46,928 nt of DNA from Pseudomonadota bacterium (GTDB lineage: Bacteria > Pseudomonadota > Gammaproteobacteria > GRL18). Where the stretch lies: NCBI GenBank assembly GCA_015222495.1, contig JADFVK010000104.1:1-46928 (forward strand), read 5' to 3'. Below are positions 1 to 6,670 of this stretch, in pieces. How positions within the stretch are numbered: the stretch's first letter is position 1; each line of letters starts with the position of its first letter. The translations under genes and the position numbers were made by a program. The notes under the pieces are model-generated. The model was given only the letters and a program-made list of their open reading frames with translations. It made no database searches and had not been told where the DNA came from.

Positions 1-236
1 AAACGTGGAATAATACCACCACCATAACCGAATACGGAAACAGTACCACCCTTCCACCAACCCATACGAGTTTCATATGAATGCTCTAACTGACCTAAAA
101 GGCCACTCACCATTGAATTGATACGTTCATCCGGATGATCATCTCTCAGACGTTTAATACCACTGATAAAGCTAGGCCATTCGCCACTTTCCAATTCATC
201 TAACATTGGCGTATCATAGATCTTAACTTTTGGCAC
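1..236 (-). CDS. dsrA: Dissimilatory sulfite reductase alpha subunit, oxidative (reverse) type; N-terminal part, truncated by window edge
   Basis: Hand translation from GTG at 236 (RBS AAGGGAG upstream): MPKVKIYDTPMLDELESGEWPSFISGIKRLRDDHPDERINSMVSGLLGQLEHSYETRMGWWKGGTVSVFGYGGGIIPR, matching the rDsrA N-terminus of Allochromatium-type sulfur oxidisers. Not in ORF track. Confidence 0.97.
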   Translation of the reverse strand, partial: MPKVKIYDTPMLDELESGEWPSFISGIKRLRDDHPDERINSMVSGLLGQLEHSYETRMGWWKGGTVSVFGYGGGIIPR

Positions 237-710
237 AGTTTTCTCCCTTAAGGTAAAGTTGGTTCTGCCAACAAAATATCACTTAACTCACTTAAACTTG
301 AGTACTCGTCTTGTTTAAGTAAAAATTTTTAACCTTAAGAAGATACAACAATTCCAAAATTTTCTCAAGGCGCTTGAAAATTAATGAAGTGAATTTTAGG
401 ACTTAATAATAAACTATAATACCCTTCCTTTGGGAGACACCAAGGCATTACTACTATCTACTTATGGGTATATTTATTTCTAAGCTATATTAACATTTAA
501 TAATAATCTAATTATTTCAATTACTTATGACTTATACTTATATTTAACATTAGTATAAGTTTTTTATAGGTATATCGATAAATTTATTTATAATCCTTGA
601 TCTTGATTTTGTCTATTTTTTACAAATGGTATTTCTTAATTCAAACTTCTTGAAATTTTCTAATATAAGTCTTATTTAATACCTATCTATTATTCAAAAC
701 GAAGGTTTTT
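237..710. promoter_or_regulatory. Divergent AT-rich promoter region between dsrA and the accessory dsr block
   Basis: Non-coding, very AT-rich, flanked by divergent starts; several TACYYMT-like heptamers. Confidence 0.6.
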
Positions 711-893
711 ATGTTAATTTTAAGTGAAGTGCTGATTCAGAATCATCAGTTAGAATCTTATGTTGATCTTGTAAAATATATTCAATCCCGGGCAAAAGAG
801 GGAGAAATGTTTTTTGATATCGATATCAAACCACCCTATTCTGATACACCTGATGAATGGGAAACCGATTTAGAAGCAAAATTTACCAGTTAA
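711..893 (+). CDS. Small acidic hypothetical protein (60 aa), dsr-associated
   Basis: RBS GAAGG upstream; motif DIKPPYSDTPDEWE resembles small conserved proteins next to dsr loci (from recall); first gene of the divergent block. Confidence 0.75.
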   Translation: MLILSEVLIQNHQLESYVDLVKYIQSRAKEGEMFFDIDIKPPYSDTPDEWETDLEAKFTS

Positions 894-906
894 TAGCCCT
901 TAGCCA

Positions 907-978
907 AACTTGAAATTTGCCCACCATCTTATTTGGTAACATAAAATACCAAATAAGATGGTGGGCAAATTTTAAGTT
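907..978. repeat. Long inverted repeat: 26-bp perfect stem, extendable to 32 bp with one G-U pair, 8-nt loop
   Basis: 913-938 aaatttgcccaccatcttatttggta is the exact reverse complement of 947-972; loop acataaaa. Confidence 0.95.
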
Positions 979-1002
979 ACTTAGAAGATATTTGAGATTA
1001 AT

Positions 1003-1686
1003 ATGTTTTGGAATGAAGAACAAAAACAACAAACTTTTACTGCACCGGATAACATCATCGATGTTTCTTTTAAAGTCAAATGTAAGCAAATAAGACTTGA
1101 TCATGCATGGCTACTGACCGATGCAGTCATAACTTTATTGCCCTGGTTGCAAAATGAACCTAAGGCATCTATTCAGCATATTTATATACCTCAATCCGGT
1201 AATGGCTGGACCCGTGCAGATAATTTTGAAAATGAAATGATTCAATTATCACGACGAACACGTTTAAAAATTCGTATTCCAAAATCAAAATTGGATAAAC
1301 TACTTTCACTAACTGATAAAACAATCCATATTGACGAACAGCCTCTTAGCTTTGGTCAGGCCGATCAATACCTGCTTAGTACTATGACAACTATTGTATC
1401 ACGCCATGTTCATATTCCTGATACCGATGATGATGAAGAAGCATTTCTTCATCAGGCTCACCAGCAAATTAAGGCCATGGGTGTTAATGTACAAAAAATG
1501 CTATGTGGTAAATCACATCAATTAATGACACCTGATGGTTATATAAAAACAAGAAGCCTGATGATTGCAGATATCACATCAGAAGAGTCTATTTTATTAC
1601 AGGAAAAAGGCATTGGGGATCATTACCTTTATGGTTGTGGTCTTTTTATCCCGCAAAAAGGAATTACAGCTGTCAATAAAGATTAA
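1003..1686 (+). CDS. cas6: Stand-alone Cas6/Cmx6 (MYXAN-type) RAMP-family endoribonuclease homologue
   Basis: N-terminal D-x-x-F...DH-x-x-x-L motif, LSRRTRLKIRIP segment, and C-terminal glycine-rich loop LQEKGIGDHYLYGCGLFIP (G-h-G-x5-G-h-G) diagnostic of Cas6. Confidence 0.85.
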   Translation: MFWNEEQKQQTFTAPDNIIDVSFKVKCKQIRLDHAWLLTDAVITLLPWLQNEPKASIQHIYIPQSGNGWTRADNFENEMIQLSRRTRLKIRIPKSKLDKLLSLTDKTIHIDEQPLSFGQADQYLLSTMTTIVSRHVHIPDTDDDEEAFLHQAHQQIKAMGVNVQKMLCGKSHQLMTPDGYIKTRSLMIADITSEESILLQEKGIGDHYLYGCGLFIPQKGITAVNKD

Positions 1687-1789
1687 CAAATAATTTTTAA
1701 AACTATCTCTTTTGAGAGATACATTTTATTTTTAACTGTTATATCATCTTAGTTTAGATTTTTTATTAGCAAACATTATGGAGACAAGT

Positions 1790-2128
1790 ATGGCGATCAC
1801 TTTTGAAGGTAATGAAATTGAAGTCACTGCAAATGGATATCTGGTCGATATCGCGGACTGGAGTGAAGGTCTTGCAACACAAATGGCAGCTGAAGAAGAT
1901 TTAGAGTTAACAGAAAAGCATTGGGATTTAATTAATTTCCTACGTGATCAATTCATCAATAATGGTGGTAAAGCACCTAATACACGTGCTTTGATAAAAG
2001 AAATGGGCTCTACCTGGGGCGAAAAAATTGGTTCTAAGGACTTATATACCTTGTTTCCCAATGATCCGAGCAAGCAAGGTGGACGTATTTCCGGACTGCC
2101 AGAGAGTAAGCGTAAGGGCGGCTATTAA
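1790..2128 (+). CDS. DsrC/TusE-family protein lacking all cysteines (RspA-like paralogue)
   Basis: DsrC motifs GYLVDIADWSE, LTEKHWDLINFLR, LYTLFP..P.KQ..RISGLP; ends KRKGGY without the C-terminal Cys. ATG at 1790 follows GGAG RBS (ORF track start 1778). Confidence 0.9.
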   Translation: MAITFEGNEIEVTANGYLVDIADWSEGLATQMAAEEDLELTEKHWDLINFLRDQFINNGGKAPNTRALIKEMGSTWGEKIGSKDLYTLFPNDPSKQGGRISGLPESKRKGGY

Positions 2129-2227
2129 ACTTTAACAGCCTGCACTACCCATTATAGATATAGTATATTCAATTTTTCTCATATATATTATGTCCAAGTT
2201 TTAACATATTGTACTATGGAGATTTTA

Positions 2228-2437
2228 ATGAGCACTAAAGCAGAACTAATTCAAGAATTACTTCAAATGCAAAGAGATTTTATTAAGTTTGAGCATGAGA
2301 ATGGTATGCACCCTGATGATTACTATAATCCTGGTGCCGGACATCAGCTGGAAACTTATAAAGATGATTTCATGAATAAGGCTGTAGAAGTCCTTGATAT
2401 GGCTCATGATGAAAAAGATTCTGCCTGGAAGCGTTAA
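2228..2437 (+). CDS. Small hypothetical protein, dsr-associated
   Basis: GGAG RBS before ATG 2228 (track start 2216); followed by a terminator. Confidence 0.7.
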   Translation: MSTKAELIQELLQMQRDFIKFEHENGMHPDDYYNPGAGHQLETYKDDFMNKAVEVLDMAHDEKDSAWKR

Positions 2438-2454
2438 GCTAACAGCAAAATCAT

Positions 2455-2483
2455 AAAAAGGTCGCTTATGCGACCTTTTTTTT
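2455..2483 (+). terminator. Rho-independent terminator
   Basis: aaaaaggtcgc-ttat-gcgacc followed by T8. Confidence 0.9.
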
Positions 2484-2531
2484 GCCTTAAACCTTCTTGA
2501 AAATGTACTCTTTGCCCCTATCTATTAATAC

Positions 2532-3944
2532 ATGCCAATATCTTCTACGCCTTTATTTATCTCTGCTGCCCACAAATCATCCGGTAAAACCACCATTACC
2601 ATTGGCTTATTATCAGCCTTAAAAAGTAGAGGACTAGAGGTACAACCATTTAAAAAAGGTCCTGATTATATTGATCCTCTCTGGCATGGTTGTGCGGCAC
2701 AAACACCCTGTTATACATTAGACTTTAACACCATGTCCGATAATGAAATCCTGCAATTAGTTTCACGCAAGATGGATCATTGTGATATTAGTATTATTGA
2801 AGGTAATAAAGGCTTATACGACGGATTGGATTTAGATGGCAGTAATAGTAATGCAGCCATTGCTAAACTGCTGGGCTCCCCTGTTATCTTAGTGCTGGAT
2901 GCCCGTGGTATGACCCGGGGTATTGCCCCCTTGATTTTAGGCTATCAATCTTTTGATCGGGATATCAATATTGCCGGAGTTATATTAAACCAATTGGGTG
3001 GTTCTCGTCACGAAACCAAGCTGCGCTCTGTTATAGAACACTATACAGATGTGGCTGTTTTAGGTGCTGTGCATAAAAATAAAAGCCTGGAAATCATTGA
3101 ACGTCACCTGGGCTTAATGCCCAGTAATGAAGAAGATGCTGCGCAGAAAAAAACTGCTGATATTGGTAAAATCATATCTTCTCAGGTAGATCTGGACAAA
3201 ATAATTAACATCAGTCAGTTTCCATCAGCAGTACAATTACCTCCTCCTATTATAGCTCATATTAAACCTCAAACAGTACAGAAAACATTACGTGTTGCTA
3301 TCATTAATGATAATGCCTTTGGTTTTTATTACCCCGGAGATCTGGAGGCTCTACAAGCTGCAGGTGCTGAATTAATTGCCGTGAATTCTTTAAGTGATCC
3401 ACAGTTACCAGAAAATATTGATGGTCTCTTTATAGGTGGGGGATTTCCTGAAGAATACTTACAATCCCTGCATAATAATCAATCTTTTAGGAATTCCATC
3501 TATCAGGCTATTGAAAATGGCTTAGCTGTATATGCTGAATGTGGTGGACTGATGTACCTCTGTCGGAATATTCTATGGAAAGATCAAAAGCAAGCAATGG
3601 TGGGTATTATTCCTGCAGATGCACAAATGGAAGAAACACCACAGGGAAGAGGATTAATTCGTTTTAGTGAAACCTCAAAGATGCCCTGGCCTGCTGATAC
3701 AGAGAAGCAAAACTCAAGCGAGGATATTTCTGCTCATGAATTTCACTATTCACATCTTGTTAATATCACTGAACCATTAGAATTTGCATATAAAATTCAT
3801 CGTGGCAGTGGCATAGATGGTCAACATGATGGGATAATATACAAAAATCTTTTAGCTTGCTATGCTCACCTACAAGATACCAGTCAAAACCATTGGGCAA
3901 AACGTTTTATACAATTTATTCATAAGGTCAAAGCAAAGACCTGA
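2532..3944 (+). CDS. dsrN: Siroheme amidase DsrN (cobyrinate a,c-diamide synthase family)
   Basis: SSGKTT P-loop, FKKGPDYID, ERHLGL, GGGFPE, AECGGLMYL, HEFHYS; dsr context and adjacent dsrR. Confidence 0.9.
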   Translation: MPISSTPLFISAAHKSSGKTTITIGLLSALKSRGLEVQPFKKGPDYIDPLWHGCAAQTPCYTLDFNTMSDNEILQLVSRKMDHCDISIIEGNKGLYDGLDLDGSNSNAAIAKLLGSPVILVLDARGMTRGIAPLILGYQSFDRDINIAGVILNQLGGSRHETKLRSVIEHYTDVAVLGAVHKNKSLEIIERHLGLMPSNEEDAAQKKTADIGKIISSQVDLDKIINISQFPSAVQLPPPIIAHIKPQTVQKTLRVAIINDNAFGFYYPGDLEALQAAGAELIAVNSLSDPQLPENIDGLFIGGGFPEEYLQSLHNNQSFRNSIYQAIENGLAVYAECGGLMYLCRNILWKDQKQAMVGIIPADAQMEETPQGRGLIRFSETSKMPWPADTEKQNSSEDISAHEFHYSHLVNITEPLEFAYKIHRGSGIDGQHDGIIYKNLLACYAHLQDTSQNHWAKRFIQFIHKVKAKT

Positions 3945-3984
3945 TCAGTCATCGCAATAAATTTACTAAATAACTAGGATAACA

Positions 3985-4284
3985 ATGATAAAATTAACCG
4001 AAGATGCTGCTGCACAAATTAAATCCAGTGGATCTGATTCCCCATTAAGAGTTGCCGTAACCCAACATGCCAGTCATAATGGTTTCCAGTATTTAATGGG
4101 CTTTGATGAACAAAAAGAAAGCGATAGTCTTTATGAAGTTCGTGACGTCAAAATTATTGTTGCCAATGATTTATTAGATATTCTTAATGGAATGGAAATT
4201 GATTATGTAGAAATAGAAGGTGAAGATAAGCAGTTTATTTTTAAAAATCCCAACGATCCGCACTTTAAATCACCAACAGAATAA
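3985..4284 (+). CDS. dsrR: DsrR, IscA/HesB-like protein without Fe-S cysteines
   Basis: IscA-fold motifs IKLTEDAA, YLMGFD, IDYVE, FIFKNPN; no Cys; directly after dsrN. Confidence 0.85.
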   Translation: MIKLTEDAAAQIKSSGSDSPLRVAVTQHASHNGFQYLMGFDEQKESDSLYEVRDVKIIVANDLLDILNGMEIDYVEIEGEDKQFIFKNPNDPHFKSPTE

Positions 4285-4289
4285 TTTTC

Positions 4290-5909
4290 ATGGCTCTCGA
4301 ACAGATAATAGATTATGTAGACAATGAAGACAAACTTAGTCGGCAACCCATACGCTTAAAATATAGTCGTCTTTTTTTACCTATTATCAGTTTAGGCTGC
4401 CTATTAATTGCCATATCTTTATTAAATTATATTAGTATCAAGCAAATTATTGACAGCCATAGTCTCTTACTATGGCTTAATTTTATTTTTTTACTCTTTG
4501 GTTTATTTATTATCCTCAGGATTTCCTTTTTAATTCGACATGACCTAATCACTCCCTTTATTCATTTGCGTAATTGGTCATTACTGATGAAAAATAAAGA
4601 TTATACGGCACGCCTTCCAATGCCAAAAAAAGGAGAATTTGCCAAACTGGCACTGGATATCAATGGTCTAAGTGACAAGCTTCAGTTGCTATCCGCTGAG
4701 TTCCAACAGGAAGTGGATAAACAAACACATAAAGTAGAAGAAAAAAATCACTCTCTTAATATTCTTTATGAAGTGGCGACTTCTATTAACCAGTCAAAAG
4801 ACCTGAATGATCTATTATCACGTTTTTTACAATTACTCATTAGCCTGACTCATGCTAAAGCCGGTACAGTACGTTTACTCGTTGAAGACCATCCTGCTGG
4901 TGAACAACAGCTAAAAATGGTAGCCTCCTTGGGACTTAATGCAGACTTTATTAAGGAAGAGCTTTATGTGCCGGTTAAACGCTGTCTATGTGGCACATCT
5001 CTGAGCCAGGGAACAGTAGAAAGTGGTATTTCAGTAAGTAATTGCAGCAAACTATCCGGTACTGAGCTATTTACTGGTAGTGATGCAGAGATTATTGCTG
5101 TGCCATTAGAACATCAGGGGACAAATCTGGGTATTTTTAACTTATTTATTGATAAACCTAATGCTCATCAAATTGACGGCTTATCAGAATTATTAACCAG
5201 CATTGGTAAACATCTGGGTATGGCAATTGAAAAATCCCGCCTTGATAAAGATTCTCGACAACATTCCATCATGAAGGAAAGAACCCTTTTAGCTCATGAA
5301 TTACATGATTCTCTGGCTCAAACATTAGCCAGTTTACGCTTTCAGGTATCCATATTAGAAGAAAACATTCTCGAAAATATCACTATTGACCGAGAGGAAG
5401 TCACCCGCTTACATGAAAGTATCGATGAAGCCTATCGAGAAGTACGTGGACTCATTACACATTTTAGAGCTCCAATGGATAAACAGGGCTTAATTCCAGC
5501 AATCGAAAAACTAATATCTGACTTTAAATCTAATTGTGATATTTCAGTTTTCTTTCAGAATGAATGGTCTAATGACTTAAAATCTGAACAGGAATTTCAA
5601 GTCATTAGAATTGTCCAGGAAGCCCTCGCCAATGTACGTAAACATAGTCAGGCTAGAACCATCAGAATCCTGGCTCGTAGTTCCAAAAATTTAAATCAGA
5701 TATTAATTGAAGATGATGGTATTGGCCTAAAAAATCAAAAACTCAGTAATAGTTTAGGTGAACATATCGGTCTCAGTGTTATGGAAGAACGGGCAATTAG
5801 AATTGGTGGTAAAATAACAATTGATGCAGAGACTGGAGAGGGAACTCAAATTCTGTTAACATTCCCGAATCAGATTATCATTGAAAAATCCGTTAAGTTT
5901 TTTCCCTAA
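4290..5909 (+). CDS. NarX-like sensor histidine kinase (2 TM, HAMP, GAF, HisKA_3, HATPase)
   Basis: ERTLLAHELHDSLAQ H-box, QEALANVRKHS N-box, IEDDGIG, GLSVMEERA. Confidence 0.92.
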   Translation: MALEQIIDYVDNEDKLSRQPIRLKYSRLFLPIISLGCLLIAISLLNYISIKQIIDSHSLLLWLNFIFLLFGLFIILRISFLIRHDLITPFIHLRNWSLLMKNKDYTARLPMPKKGEFAKLALDINGLSDKLQLLSAEFQQEVDKQTHKVEEKNHSLNILYEVATSINQSKDLNDLLSRFLQLLISLTHAKAGTVRLLVEDHPAGEQQLKMVASLGLNADFIKEELYVPVKRCLCGTSLSQGTVESGISVSNCSKLSGTELFTGSDAEIIAVPLEHQGTNLGIFNLFIDKPNAHQIDGLSELLTSIGKHLGMAIEKSRLDKDSRQHSIMKERTLLAHELHDSLAQTLASLRFQVSILEENILENITIDREEVTRLHESIDEAYREVRGLITHFRAPMDKQGLIPAIEKLISDFKSNCDISVFFQNEWSNDLKSEQEFQVIRIVQEALANVRKHSQARTIRILARSSKNLNQILIEDDGIGLKNQKLSNSLGEHIGLSVMEERAIRIGGKITIDAETGEGTQILLTFPNQIIIEKSVKFFP

Positions 5910-5970
5910 ACCTTAATATATCAGTTAATGATAATTAATTTTAACCTAGAATAACAAATAAGATAAATAT

Positions 5971-6627
5971 ATGCGCGTATTATTAATAGATGATCACACA
6001 CTATTTCGTGCCGGCCTGCAGGGCTTGCTCGAGCGAATGGGTATTGAAGTAGTAGCCAGTGCCGGTAGTGGTCAGGAAGGCTTAAAAATAGTCAGTGAAA
6101 AAAAACCTGATGTGATATTACTGGATATGCGCATGCCTGATATGGATGGCATCGAAGTATTAAAAAGCCTGCGCGAACAAGGCGAAAAAATGCCTATTGC
6201 CATTTTAACAACAGTTGATGATGAAAGTGATTTAATTGAGGCATTACAATGTGGTGCACAAGGCTTTTTACTTAAAGGAATGCAGCCAGATGAATTAGTC
6301 ACTGCACTACAAGACATCCATGCAGGTAAAACAGTGGTTGCACCTGATCTCACGCCCATTTTAGCCAAAGTTGTTCAGGGACATTCTTTACCAGAGCCAG
6401 AACCCAGTCCATTTTCTGAATTAACACCAAGAGAGACTGAAATTTTAGATTTACTGGCCGAAGGACAAAGTAATAAGGTGATTGCACGTAACCTTGAAAT
6501 TTCTGATGGTACGGTAAAATTACATGTTAAAGCAATTTTGAGAAAACTAAATATACATTCCCGAGTAGAAGCTGCTGTTATGGCCGTACAACATGGCCTT
6601 CTCAAAAAAAATCTCTCTAAAAAATAA
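5971..6627 (+). CDS. NarL/LuxR-family response regulator
   Basis: IDDH, LLDMRMP receiver; LTPRETEILDLLAEGQSNKVIARNLEISDGTVKLHV HTH. Confidence 0.95.
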   Translation: MRVLLIDDHTLFRAGLQGLLERMGIEVVASAGSGQEGLKIVSEKKPDVILLDMRMPDMDGIEVLKSLREQGEKMPIAILTTVDDESDLIEALQCGAQGFLLKGMQPDELVTALQDIHAGKTVVAPDLTPILAKVVQGHSLPEPEPSPFSELTPRETEILDLLAEGQSNKVIARNLEISDGTVKLHVKAILRKLNIHSRVEAAVMAVQHGLLKKNLSKK

Positions 6628-6670
6628 ATCACCTTAAAAAATATATTAAGATTAGGACCATAGAATACTT

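Noticed and set aside
883-1104. 73-aa minus-strand ORF
   Set aside because: Antisense to cas6 and spans the hairpin; no motif.
237-2531. CRISPR array near cas6
   Set aside because: No regularly spaced direct repeats in any intergenic gap; only one inverted repeat and a terminator.
2532-3944. Cobalamin biosynthesis cbiA/cobB
   Set aside because: No other cob/cbi genes in the window; dsrA and dsrR context favours dsrN.
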